Positions 48,520 to 58,729 are shown, numbered from the stretch's first letter. The stretch is DNA of 64,000 bases from Candidatus Poribacteria bacterium (GCA_965205025.1 CBDBFU010000031.1:32001-96000), one strand, 5' to 3'. A program made the numbers and translations. The notes: generated by a model from the sequence alone, not told the origin.

Positions 48520-49761
48520 CTACGTATGTCGAATTGCATCAATTGGAGCAAGTTTAGCTGCTTGGCTTGCTGGATAATAGCCAAAGAAAAGACCAACCCC
48601 TGTACCCGCTGCTACCGATGTCAGAACGGATTTTACCGTAATAACAGACGGCCAACTAAGAGCACCTCTCATAAATTTATCTACCGCCCATGCAAAACCT
48701 TGACCTACAAACGCACCTAAAATTATTCCAAGTATACTTCCAATGAGACATAATAAAATAGATTCTGTGAGAAATTGGAAGCGAATATGGTACTTCTTTG
48801 CTCCTACTGCTTTTCTCAATCCAATTTCAGGTATCCGTTCTGTAACAGATACAAGCATAATATTAAGTATACCTATCCCCCCAACTATCAGTGAAACAGA
48901 AGCGATTATTACCAATACCATCTCAATAATAAAAATCGTCTTTTTCGCACTTTCAATACCTTTCTGTGCTTGCCATGTCCTAAAGAATGTATCATCACCC
49001 CCATGGTTACGTCTAATGATGGTTTGAACTTCCTTAACTGCTTGATCCACTAATAATGGACTCTTGGCACGAACCATTATATGACCTACATTGTTGTGCC
49101 CCCAGAACCTTGTTTGTGCAGTTGTTATTGGAATAAATATCATATTGTCATCACTCTTTCCTGCTTCTAAGCCAGGACCTCGACTCTCCATTATCCCAAT
49201 CACATTATATCGTTTTCTATTAATCGAGATTTCTTTTCCAATAGGATCCATACCTTTGAATTGTTCTTTCCAAACTTGTGATCCAATAACACAAACTTTA
49301 TTCCATAAATCCATATCTGTATCTGCCAGAAATCTACCATATTCCGTATGCCATTGACGAACAGCTTGATACTCTACAGTTGTAGCACGCATGTATGTTT
49401 TCTGATGTTTTCCCTGTACTTCCAAGTCTATGTAATAACTACCCTCTACTGTTGCTACTTCTACTGATGGACATTGTTCCAACACATCCCGTAAATCATC
49501 CATATTCAAGTAGTTTGGACTTGTATTACGTTGCCAACGATTGTTTTTTCGAATATATCCTGGTCTATAGACTCCAAACATACTTGGACCACCAATCTTT
49601 TCAAACTCCAACATAATGAGTTTTTCCGCACCAGCTCCCAATGACATCATGGCAATGACCCCCGCAATCCCAATGGTAATACCTAATAATGTCAGGATTG
49701 TACGTATTTTACTGGCTTTTAATGCAGAAAGTGCGGTAAGAAGATTCTCTAAAATTCTCAT
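48520..49761 (-). CDS. MacB/FtsX-family ABC permease
   Basis: LTLLGITIG, VGGIGILNIMLVSVTERIPEIGLRKAVGA, GYYPA. Confidence 0.92.
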   Translation of the reverse strand: MRILENLLTALSALKASKIRTILTLLGITIGIAGVIAMMSLGAGAEKLIMLEFEKIGGPSMFGVYRPGYIRKNNRWQRNTSPNYLNMDDLRDVLEQCPSVEVATVEGSYYIDLEVQGKHQKTYMRATTVEYQAVRQWHTEYGRFLADTDMDLWNKVCVIGSQVWKEQFKGMDPIGKEISINRKRYNVIGIMESRGPGLEAGKSDDNMIFIPITTAQTRFWGHNNVGHIMVRAKSPLLVDQAVKEVQTIIRRNHGGDDTFFRTWQAQKGIESAKKTIFIIEMVLVIIASVSLIVGGIGILNIMLVSVTERIPEIGLRKAVGAKKYHIRFQFLTESILLCLIGSILGIILGAFVGQGFAWAVDKFMRGALSWPSVITVKSVLTSVAAGTGVGLFFGYYPASQAAKLAPIDAIRHT

Positions 49762-49813
49762 TGTAATATATTATCATCTATGAAGTGAATTTATAGGTTA
49801 ATCTCTATACTTA

Positions 49814-51781
49814 TTGTTTATCTATAATAGTGATGGTATAATTAACTTTATTTTCTACTACTGTATTTCTTGTAAAGTATACTACAAAGTCTCTATAATA
49901 TGCAACAATCTTCAGGTTTACAATTCAGTGGACACAAATAAATTGAATTCTCACCTAAATACATTCTTACAGTATCCAAAAAAAGAAAATTCCACTCTAC
50001 ATCAGTCAGAATTACAAAAAATTGCTGAGATTGGGAACAATGTTTGGATACAATTACCAAGTAATCTAATTCAAACACGTTATTATTTGAATGTAATCGA
50101 ATTTAATTTTAATGAATCTGATACAACGAATTTCATAAGAGAAGAATTATTAAAAGCTACTACAGTTAATGAAAAACAGAAAATTCGTCTGTCATTCAGT
50201 AAGTTTTTTCTTATTGCTGAATCCCCATCACGCGGGCTATTTTATAACATTACAGAATATTTACAAGATTCTATTGATCCAGATGAAAAGGTTTATGATA
50301 GACTCCGCGGTAGAACAGTTCTTTACGTATATCAAACTGATTCAGGGTATAAAGATCTATTATCTGACACTGGTGTAAAGGAATTTATAGATGAAACCCT
50401 TAATAGTTATGTTGAGTACTATGGTAAAGACTTAATGCTTGGTTTCTCAGTTGAATTACCTGAATTCTTATCAGTCTTTCATAAAAATGGTTTAATGATT
50501 CCTTGGACAAATTCTTTCTATGAATATATTGAGAATAACTTACTTTTAGCTGAAAATGATTACCCCTCTAATTATAGTTTAAGTATATTACCATCATTAT
50601 TTTATGAATCACATAACTCACCTATCATTAGAGGTATCTACTGGCAGAAGTTGACAACCCAGTTTCTAAACTGCTTTCTTGGTAATGTCAAATCCTATTG
50701 TAATAAAAAAAGTATCCATTTTGCTGTTACAATTCCTGAAAGTGCAAGATGGCTACAATATGATTTGGGAACTCTATTAAGTAGTATTGATTACCCAATT
50801 CTAATATCAGATGAATCTGATACCACACGACGTTTTGTTGTTGCAAAGTCAATTTGTAGTAATTCAAAAAGGGCTGTTATAGCAAGAAAGGATAAACATA
50901 CCTTAAATCTTACTCTTGATGATGCTTCAAAAGGGTTTAATGAATGGATAAGTCAGGACTATCGTTATATTCAAACTATATCTAATACAGGTAGATATAT
51001 CCATCAAAACCTAATTGGTTGTAATCCAATCAGACCTATACTCCTTTTAAACCCAATACAAAGTCTTTGGATGGAACCTGATGAGAAAAAATGGAATAAA
51101 ATAACCGGTGCATTTGCATGGTTATGTGATATTGTATGGAAATTGGGTTATGACTTTGATATTGTTTCAGAAGAACAGTTGTCTAACGCTGACATTAATC
51201 GCTCAAATGGGACAATAACCATCAGTGATAATACCTACCAAATTGTTCTAATTCCATCGTGTATATCCTTACATGAAAATACAGTCCAAAGATTAACAGA
51301 ATATACCAAATCTAAAGGTAGAATAATTGCTAATACTCCATCACCGTATCTTCTTAACGGAAAAATAGGGTTAGCTCCTTACAAATTAGAAAGGTTGATT
51401 TATGGTAGATCCACCTATTTAATCGATGGCACACATAGTGAAAGAAATCAAACATTAAAAAGACTATTGAAGAAATGGGTTAATTTGGACATTCAGGTAT
51501 ATTACTATAAAGAGGAAGATACAGTTGATGAAATAAAGGTTCATCAAAGGAGAATTGAAAATGGAGATATATTTTATCTGTTTAATTCCGATCGTAAAAG
51601 CGTCCATACTATTGTCGAAATAATGCGAGAAGACAAAGATATTGTAGAAGTTGATCTAAATACTGGAAAAACTAAAAAACCAAAATATTGGATAGCTAAT
51701 AAGAATATTTATCATGATTGCATATTTTCACCGGGACAGGCACGTCTCTTCATAGCTAAAAATACTAAACATATAACATAA
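49814..51781 (+). CDS. Divergent glycoside-hydrolase-like protein (start uncertain, possibly GTG 49928)
   Basis: LGYDFDIVSEEQL...YQIVLIPS and IFYLFN segments recall GH106/GH42 C-terminal regions. Confidence 0.5.
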   Translation: MFIYNSDGIINFIFYYCISCKVYYKVSIICNNLQVYNSVDTNKLNSHLNTFLQYPKKENSTLHQSELQKIAEIGNNVWIQLPSNLIQTRYYLNVIEFNFNESDTTNFIREELLKATTVNEKQKIRLSFSKFFLIAESPSRGLFYNITEYLQDSIDPDEKVYDRLRGRTVLYVYQTDSGYKDLLSDTGVKEFIDETLNSYVEYYGKDLMLGFSVELPEFLSVFHKNGLMIPWTNSFYEYIENNLLLAENDYPSNYSLSILPSLFYESHNSPIIRGIYWQKLTTQFLNCFLGNVKSYCNKKSIHFAVTIPESARWLQYDLGTLLSSIDYPILISDESDTTRRFVVAKSICSNSKRAVIARKDKHTLNLTLDDASKGFNEWISQDYRYIQTISNTGRYIHQNLIGCNPIRPILLLNPIQSLWMEPDEKKWNKITGAFAWLCDIVWKLGYDFDIVSEEQLSNADINRSNGTITISDNTYQIVLIPSCISLHENTVQRLTEYTKSKGRIIANTPSPYLLNGKIGLAPYKLERLIYGRSTYLIDGTHSERNQTLKRLLKKWVNLDIQVYYYKEEDTVDEIKVHQRRIENGDIFYLFNSDRKSVHTIVEIMREDKDIVEVDLNTGKTKKPKYWIANKNIYHDCIFSPGQARLFIAKNTKHIT

Positions 51782-52554
51782 TAATTCCAGATTAATATCA
51801 AACTAATTCAAACTATTTATTCCTAAGTAATTGATAATCTCTCTATGGATTGATATACTATATGGATCAAACATTCTTAAATAAAATTAAAAAAATGAAG
51901 AAAACACCGATCTCTAACAACTAACATACATATCTCAAAATACAGAAAAACATATTAATAATGTTTATCAAAATAAAAATAAATTTGTGCCATATTATAT
52001 AGTTCATTTTATGTATTCTAATACAATGCTAACACAATATATGAAATACGATCCTAATTACGAAACTTCATTAACGGCAAAAATGCATACCTTTTTAACC
52101 ATTGGGAATGTCAAATTCAGAAAGCACAACAAGAATACAAAATCACATATTTTCGAATTTCTTATAAAGTCAATTCAAAGTGAAGTGAAGCCAGTCTGTG
52201 ACAGGGATGATAAGGATAATTTACACCAATTTCAATGTCACACCGTGTGACAAAAAGTGTAACTTTTTTCATGTTTTCGATGCATAGAGAATGCAACAAC
52301 AACACGATCTACTGTCTGAGAATTTAGGATTAATGTCTGGTTTTATACACTGTTTTTTGTCTGTCTATTAGGATTAAATATCTTGTTTTATGTTTTTTAA
52401 ACAATCATAAATATTAGTTATTAAAGAATATTCTCAAGACCAATATATGTCAATTATATACAAAGCCTTAAAGTGAAATAATGTCACAATGATACCGATC
52501 TAATACGTGAAATATGTGTAATCTGCGAATCCAAACACAAGATAGAAGAATTCA

Positions 52555-52604
52555 TGCCAATTACTTTACATACCCAATTTCGGGAATGTGTAAAGTAATT
52601 GTCA
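52555..52604. repeat. 50-bp hairpin made of two facing TGCCAATTACTTTACA arms
   Basis: TGCCAATTACTTTACA...TGTAAAGTAATTGTCA (15/16 complementary). Confidence 0.75.
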
Positions 52605-52764
52605 CTTTTACTTAACACCAATGAAATCTCAAGTCCAATTCATCCAGTCTGATTTCAAGAATTACAACTTATTCTTCACTACTATAATTTTGACAATTCT
52701 ATTTAAGGGAAACTGAGTATCTAATGATAAGTCTATTTTTTGGAGTTTTCTATATCAAAAATAC

Positions 52765-52837
52765 CGTACTCCAACGGAGTACTATGTCTATAGAAAAGAA
52801 TATCGGAACAGTCTCGCACTCCAGCGGAGTGCTATGT
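52765..52837. repeat. Pair of REP-like hairpins CG(T/C)ACTCCA(A/G)CGGAGT(A/G)CTATGT
   Basis: Two 23-mers with a 50-bp period and a compensatory stem change. Confidence 0.8.
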
Positions 52838-52911
52838 GCCAATACACTTCGTATGAAAAACATATTAGTACTTAATACACACTTAAGTTATAGTCTAATT
52901 AACGTATGTGA

Positions 52912-52994
52912 TTCACGGAAAATTGGTCTACTTTAAATTATAAACCCTTATAGAATAAGGGGTCGTGGAATTGCTCCGTGAAGGTTTCCGTGAA
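52912..52994. repeat. Nested inverted-repeat element
   Basis: TTCACGGAAA...TTTCCGTGAA enclosing CCCTTAT-AGA-ATAAGGG. Confidence 0.6.
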
Positions 52995-53196
52995 AGTGCA
53001 ATCATCTCAATACGATGAACATTAACACTTTATCCATTCACAATATCCATACATCTAATATAATTATGAGATTGACAGATGAAGGTCTCAATGACATAAT
53101 GGAGTTGAGATGTAGGTAAATGAACAATACTTGGGAAAAATATTGATATCCAGATACAATTGCAGGATGATGTTGAGTGCCAAAGACTTTACACAC

Positions 53197-53234
53197 TCAA
53201 TAATAATTGACAAATTATTATTGATGAGTAAAAT
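53197..53234 (+). promoter_or_regulatory. Putative promoter with operator palindrome over the -35
   Basis: TCAATAATAATT-GACA-AATTATTATTGA spanning TTGACA; TAAAAT 16 bp downstream. Confidence 0.5.
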
Positions 53235-53315
53235 GATAGTATACCTTTAGTCTCACATCATGATTCTTGTATTCTTATAAAATTGATAGATTATATTAAT
53301 GTTGCGGAGATTCTA

Positions 53316-53969
53316 ATGAATATAGAAACAAACATAGTCAATGAAAAAGAACTCCCAATTTTTCCATTAAATGTTGTTCTGTTTCCTGGTGGTTACTTGC
53401 CTCTTCACGTTTTTGAACAACGATATCGTGAAATGATAAAACATTGTATCAGAGATGAATCATCCTTTGGAGTTGTAATGATTAAAGAGGGTGAGGAGAC
53501 TGGAGATTCTGCTGTACCATGTAAAATCGGTACAGAGGTAGATTTAGTTGATGTTAATAGATTTCCTGACGGTCGTATGAATATTATTACTTCTGGACAT
53601 TCCCGCTTTGAAATCCTTGAAGTAAGTGAAGATATGCCCTACTTAGTCGCCCGTGTTCGTATATTAGATTCATTCGAGGCAGATGCTGATCCTAACCTGT
53701 CAGATGTAGCAGCTGAAACATTGAAGCTATATAAGGAATATGAAACTTTATCAAGTTACCTAATGTTTAGTTGGCAACCACCAGATGAAAATCCAGAACA
53801 TCCTCAAAAATTAGCATACCAAATCGGTTCACGTTTACGTTTACCTCTTAAGGAAAAACAAGAACTTCTTGAATTGGAGTCATTCGACCTACTCCTTAGG
53901 AAAGAAATTCAGATTTTGAAACATCTAAATCAACAAATTGCTTTCCAATTAACTGCACGTAATAACTAA
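53316..53969 (+). CDS. Stand-alone Lon N-terminal (substrate-binding) domain protein
   Basis: LPIFPLNVVLFPG...LHVFEQRYREM, DGRMNI. Confidence 0.9.
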   Translation: MNIETNIVNEKELPIFPLNVVLFPGGYLPLHVFEQRYREMIKHCIRDESSFGVVMIKEGEETGDSAVPCKIGTEVDLVDVNRFPDGRMNIITSGHSRFEILEVSEDMPYLVARVRILDSFEADADPNLSDVAAETLKLYKEYETLSSYLMFSWQPPDENPEHPQKLAYQIGSRLRLPLKEKQELLELESFDLLLRKEIQILKHLNQQIAFQLTARNN

Positions 53970-54066
53970 TACATGTCAGATTTTACAAGTTGAATATACA
54001 TTTCATTTTATAGACTCTATAGTGAATGTTGAGTAGGAATTTATTTAAATATAAAATAACAGATTA

Positions 54067-54699
54067 ATGCAACAGCTTCGATGGTATTTTAAAGCACCAA
54101 TACACCAATTTACTGATACTCAAGAGATAAATATCACACCACGACAATTTTTGTATATTAGCAATATACTATCAGCATTTAGGCTGGTAATTGTTCCATT
54201 ACTTTTCATGTTAATATATCAGAAAAAATATACTATAGCGGTAGTTATTGGGTGTATAGCAGTAATTTCTGACATATTAGACGGTTTTTTTGCACGTTTA
54301 CTAAACCAGCATTCTGAATTAGGATACATTTTAGATCCTATCGCAGATAAGTGTGCCATTGGTGCTGGTATCTTTGCTCTTATCTTATCCAGTCCAAACT
54401 TAGAATTTCCAATATGGGCATTTTTTGCTATTATATTACGAGATTCTGCTATCGTTATTGGTAATGTGATACTTGCGATTAAAGCAAAGATGATTACACG
54501 ATCTAACCTATGGGGGAAGTGTACCAGTTTCTCTTTATCAATTACGGTGATTATCTACTTAGTATCCTATACAGAGTATCCGTTAGTAAATAATATCAAA
54601 ATATACCTATTGTATATTTCTTTAATATTTGTAGTTATTTCATTTATTAGTTATTTCAGACATATGCTTAGGGCACTTAATCAGGTTAAAGCCACCTAA
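54067..54699 (+). CDS. CDP-alcohol phosphatidyltransferase (PgsA/Cls-like)
   Basis: DILDGFFARLLNQHSELGYILDPIADK. Confidence 0.92.
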   Translation: MQQLRWYFKAPIHQFTDTQEINITPRQFLYISNILSAFRLVIVPLLFMLIYQKKYTIAVVIGCIAVISDILDGFFARLLNQHSELGYILDPIADKCAIGAGIFALILSSPNLEFPIWAFFAIILRDSAIVIGNVILAIKAKMITRSNLWGKCTSFSLSITVIIYLVSYTEYPLVNNIKIYLLYISLIFVVISFISYFRHMLRALNQVKAT

Positions 54700-54764
54700 C
54701 TATAAAATTATACATTATATGAGTCATTCTTTCATCATTCAATCTTATGTTACAGGTTAGTTGA

Positions 54765-55193
54765 ATGGATCTTTATTTAAACCCTTCGGATGTTGCAGAG
54801 ATAATTGGTGTTGATGAAGATATAATTACGCAAACATTAGAACGCAAAACACCAGAAATTGAACCTTATTTAAGGGTTATATCAGGTAGTTCTAACACAG
54901 AATCTGACACCGAAGCAATTCTCCAATTACGAATTGATGGTTTAGCACCGTTGATTACACAATTAAGTTATAATATTCCTACTAACGATATAATAGAGAA
55001 TCTTATATGCCAGATAGTTCATATAGCATATTTGCGAGAAAGCATTGAAAAGTTGGAATTAGAAAAGATCAAACTTGACGACACTGTGCAAACACTACAA
55101 CAAGAGAATTCGGACTTACGAATTGAGATCAACCAATTAAAAGAAGAAATACCTAAGAATTGGAAAGATCATATTAGACAAATGTTGAAATAG
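54765..55193 (+). CDS. Hypothetical protein with HTH-like N-terminus and coiled coil
   Basis: LNPSDVAEIIGVD; heptad-rich C-terminal third. Confidence 0.6.
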   Translation: MDLYLNPSDVAEIIGVDEDIITQTLERKTPEIEPYLRVISGSSNTESDTEAILQLRIDGLAPLITQLSYNIPTNDIIENLICQIVHIAYLRESIEKLELEKIKLDDTVQTLQQENSDLRIEINQLKEEIPKNWKDHIRQMLK

Positions 55194-55328
55194 TTGCAAA
55201 AATAACTATCTTCACTTTTATTCCTCCCTGTCTACAAAATATTGTAAAATCAAATGATTATGCCAAGAATCTAATATCAATAATCATGTTAAGCAAGATT
55301 AAGTACTTTATACAACTTATGTCATAGA

Positions 55329-55952
55329 ATGCATTTAAATCGGAATAAATTACTCTCCGTTATAGGTTTATTTTTCGGTCTATTTCTCTTATACTTTGAA
55401 CTAAGTAATATCTTAAATAATTCAACAGTTTATACTCAAATTGATATCTTACTTAAAGGTATTTCATTTATATTATTAAGTATTTCGACAATACTTATGT
55501 CTGTTGCTTTTGAAAAGAAACGTGGAATTAACATTATTTCTTCAATTGGACTATTAATTGGATTAATTTTCTTATTCTTACCTGTACCCCAAGTATTTCG
55601 TAGTTCTTCTTTTCATTTATTATTCTGTTTCTCAATCCCATTCGGAATCTCAACCAACTCTAATAAAATTACTTCATTCATATCAATCCTAAGTATATTA
55701 TTAGGAACTATTTTTCTTTATCTTAATCCTCTCTTAGATATAAAAATCCCCTCTCTCCATCTTCTCCTTCCAGGAATGATATTATTCTGTATAATCTTTT
55801 CTAAAATTGCCTGGTGTGAAAGATTATCAATTGGTCTGATAATTATTGGTTTGATTTCCCTATGTCAACCATTTTTAATATTATTTTATCAAACAGGATT
55901 ACAATTAGTTCTTGCAGGATTGACAGGTTTTATTGTTGTAGCACACAGATAA
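55329..55952 (+). CDS. Hypothetical integral membrane protein
   Basis: 207 aa, 7-8 hydrophobic segments. Confidence 0.65.
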   Translation: MHLNRNKLLSVIGLFFGLFLLYFELSNILNNSTVYTQIDILLKGISFILLSISTILMSVAFEKKRGINIISSIGLLIGLIFLFLPVPQVFRSSSFHLLFCFSIPFGISTNSNKITSFISILSILLGTIFLYLNPLLDIKIPSLHLLLPGMILFCIIFSKIAWCERLSIGLIIIGLISLCQPFLILFYQTGLQLVLAGLTGFIVVAHR

Positions 55953-56028
55953 TTTACAACATAAATTTAGTCAGAACTCCAATAATGTATGTAATTATAC
56001 TGAATTGAATTTTAATAGGTATTGATAT

Positions 56029-57153
56029 ATGTCATCAAGAAAAACTACAAACATAGTTATTGTTGGTGCAGGTATTATAGGGATCTCTTTAGCCTATAAA
56101 CTGTCACAAAGGAAGAATACCTCAATAACAGTTCTTGAGAGTGAATATCCTGGAGGTGGAGCTACCGCTCATTCGTTCGCCTGGGTAAATGCTTTTGGAA
56201 AAGAACCGCGGTACTACCATACACTCAATCAACGGTCTTTAGATATGTGGTATCGATTTTCAGAACAATTAGATGCGGATATCGGTATCCATTTTGGAGG
56301 TGAATTGCGATGGGAAAACACACAGTGGGGTGCAAAAGCACTACTAAATAGAGTTCAGCAGCTCCAAGGTTGGGGGTATCCTTGTCGTATAATATCAAAA
56401 GATGAATTGTTGACTTTAGAACCAGAACTTACTCCTGGTAATGTATTAGCATGCTCATACTCAGAGAGTGATATTCATATTGAAACAGATAAATTTATTT
56501 CTGTATGTATGAATAAAGCAATAGAAAATGGTGTATCAATTCATTCTAATACCCGGGTTATAGACTTCAGTCATAATAACGGTAGAATTCACTCAGTCAT
56601 CACATCGAAATCTGAATATCCTTGTGATATTGCAATATTATCAGCAGGAGTTAATACTACACATTTGGCTGCTCTTGTCGACGTACATATTCCACAGCAA
56701 TGTAGTCCAGGGATTATTATTAACACGACAAAATGTAAGAAAGTGATGCGTCATGCTGCAGTTATTCATGCTCCATCAAAGAATGAAAAACACCAACATA
56801 TTCACCTGAGACAGCTTGATGATGGAACACTTAGAATAGGTCGGGGAACACAAGAAGGAATTAATTCTGACGATTCTCAGGAACATGCTGATGTATTATT
56901 AGAATGTGCCAAGACATATCTTCCTATAATAGGTAATGCATCAGCAATAGCAAATCCAATCGGTTACCGTCCTATGCCAATTGATGGATATCCTATAATA
57001 GGGTTTACAGAATCAGTTTCAAATCTATATATCACTCTAATGCATAGTGGTGTTACATTAGCACCCATAGTAAGTGAAATGGCTACTATTGAAATAGTTG
57101 ATGGTATTATGGTCGATTGGTTTAAACCATATCGTCTAAGTAGGTTCATCTAA
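56029..57153 (+). CDS. FAD-dependent oxidoreductase (DAO/DadA family)
   Basis: IVGAGIIG, GYRPMPIDGYPIIG, HSGVTLAP. Confidence 0.9.
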   Translation: MSSRKTTNIVIVGAGIIGISLAYKLSQRKNTSITVLESEYPGGGATAHSFAWVNAFGKEPRYYHTLNQRSLDMWYRFSEQLDADIGIHFGGELRWENTQWGAKALLNRVQQLQGWGYPCRIISKDELLTLEPELTPGNVLACSYSESDIHIETDKFISVCMNKAIENGVSIHSNTRVIDFSHNNGRIHSVITSKSEYPCDIAILSAGVNTTHLAALVDVHIPQQCSPGIIINTTKCKKVMRHAAVIHAPSKNEKHQHIHLRQLDDGTLRIGRGTQEGINSDDSQEHADVLLECAKTYLPIIGNASAIANPIGYRPMPIDGYPIIGFTESVSNLYITLMHSGVTLAPIVSEMATIEIVDGIMVDWFKPYRLSRFI

Positions 57154-57172
57154 ACAAATTTCACAATAGCTA

Positions 57173-58324
57173 TTACTCAAACAACACCAAACTCCCATCT
57201 TTGACAATCAACACTTGTGGTTCATAGACAGCATCACCATCTTGATTAAAAGAGAATTTACCTACTATGGTCTCTAATTCTGTAATATTTGCAAGTGCAT
57301 CACGAATTGACATAGAATCTTTTGTAGATGCATTAGCAATTGCTTCAGCTAAGACATATAGTGCAATATATGAACGGGCAGCATAATTGTTCGGTGTTGT
57401 ACCATACTTCTTATGATAATTCTGAACAAAGGCATGATTCAATGGATTATCAACTGCTGTACCCCATCCTGTGAAAGTGATTGTTCCTTCTGCTGCATCT
57501 CCTGCTGCTTCAACATCAGCATCAGTCAATGTTCGCATTACAAACCGAGCTGTAATTCCCAGTTCACGGCTTTGTTTAAGAATACTTGCTTTTTCAGGAG
57601 GTAAGGATGAAACAAATACCACATCAGGCTGTTCCATCTCTATTCGTGTCAACTGTTCTGAAAAATCATCATCACCACCATCAAAGGCTTCTTTTGCAAC
57701 CACTTCAATTCCTTTTTCATCAAAAGTTTCCAGCAAGGCTTTTTCACTATCTACAGCAAACACGTCATTTCTATCATGTAGAGTTGCAACTTTCGAGAAA
57801 TCAAGTTTTGTAAGTATTGCTTCAACACCATTAGGAATTAACACATCAGTGGTTAGTGCTATACGAAAAGCATAATCACTTAATGCACTCAATCCTCGGG
57901 CTGCAGATGTTGGACTGATTGCTACAATTTTATTCATTTGAGCCAAAGGAAATGCCTCTTTAGAGGCTGATGAAGTTGCTGGACCAAGAATCACTGATAC
58001 TCCATCTTCTATAAATTTATTATATGCAGTAATTGCGCCATCCACTGTACTCATATCATCCTCTGTAATAAAGTTAATAGCAAAATCGTACTTCGTATTC
58101 TCATTGATTTCATACGTAGCTAATAGTAAGGCTTGGTGAATTGGTTCACCAAAAGTAGTAGCCAATCTACCACTCAATGGCAAGACTAACCCTATTGAGA
58201 TATCTTTCTTCTTAATCTCTACTGATTCAATTACCCGAGGGATCCTTTCACATCCCAAAATTAAGAAAATTGAAAAACATAATAGAAAAAGAAACACAAA
58301 CTTTGATATACTTTTATTGAACAT
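57173..58324 (-). CDS. LivJ-type ABC substrate-binding lipoprotein
   Basis: Lipobox ILGC, IGLVLPLSG, ILGPATS, FSFNQDGD. Confidence 0.88.
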   Translation of the reverse strand: MFNKSISKFVFLFLLCFSIFLILGCERIPRVIESVEIKKKDISIGLVLPLSGRLATTFGEPIHQALLLATYEINENTKYDFAINFITEDDMSTVDGAITAYNKFIEDGVSVILGPATSSASKEAFPLAQMNKIVAISPTSAARGLSALSDYAFRIALTTDVLIPNGVEAILTKLDFSKVATLHDRNDVFAVDSEKALLETFDEKGIEVVAKEAFDGGDDDFSEQLTRIEMEQPDVVFVSSLPPEKASILKQSRELGITARFVMRTLTDADVEAAGDAAEGTITFTGWGTAVDNPLNHAFVQNYHKKYGTTPNNYAARSYIALYVLAEAIANASTKDSMSIRDALANITELETIVGKFSFNQDGDAVYEPQVLIVKDGSLVLFE

Positions 58325-58383
58325 ATAAATCCTCATTACAATAAAGATTGGAAACTTAGAAATTAACATTATTTGTAATTCAT

Positions 58384-58411
58384 ATTATATTCAGGATACT
58401 GACCATGTCAA
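58384..58411 (-). promoter_or_regulatory. Putative sigma70 promoter for the LivJ-type gene
   Basis: TTGACA-16 bp-TATAAT on the minus strand. Confidence 0.55.
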
Positions 58412-58654
58412 TATCAAACTGCGAGATAACACGGTAATTTAGTTTTTAGTATTTCATGTTGATGGACTACGTAATGTTTAATTTGTGGGTTAGATTATGT
58501 TCGCGAAATCCTATATACATCAATTTATGCATTAAACTCTTTGTAGGAGGGGATTCTGATCCCAAATCTTAACTACAACGTATTGTGATTTGAAGAACAT
58601 ACCTTCCAGTTCTTTAATGCCATAAACTTTACATACCCATATAAACCTAAATTC

Positions 58655-58683
58655 TTGACCTCGGGTTGTAAATGAAGTATAGT
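58655..58683 (+). promoter_or_regulatory. Putative sigma70 promoter for the Gfo/Idh/MocA gene
   Basis: TTGACC-17 bp-TATAGT. Confidence 0.55.
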
Positions 58684-58729
58684 ATAATTTAATAATTAAA
58701 TTCAGAAAATGTTATCAAATTGAAATATT

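Noticed and set aside
51987-52936. Short ORFs 51987-52250 and 52724-52936
   Set aside because: No RBS or motif; they run through palindromic repeats
53035-53125. 6S RNA
   Set aside because: The stem is too short and irregular to call by eye; kept only as part of the intergenic finding
51782-53315. Possible replication origin in the long AT-rich gap
   Set aside because: Only scattered imperfect DnaA-box-like 9-mers (about 52343 and 53030); no dnaA, dnaN, gidA or parAB nearby
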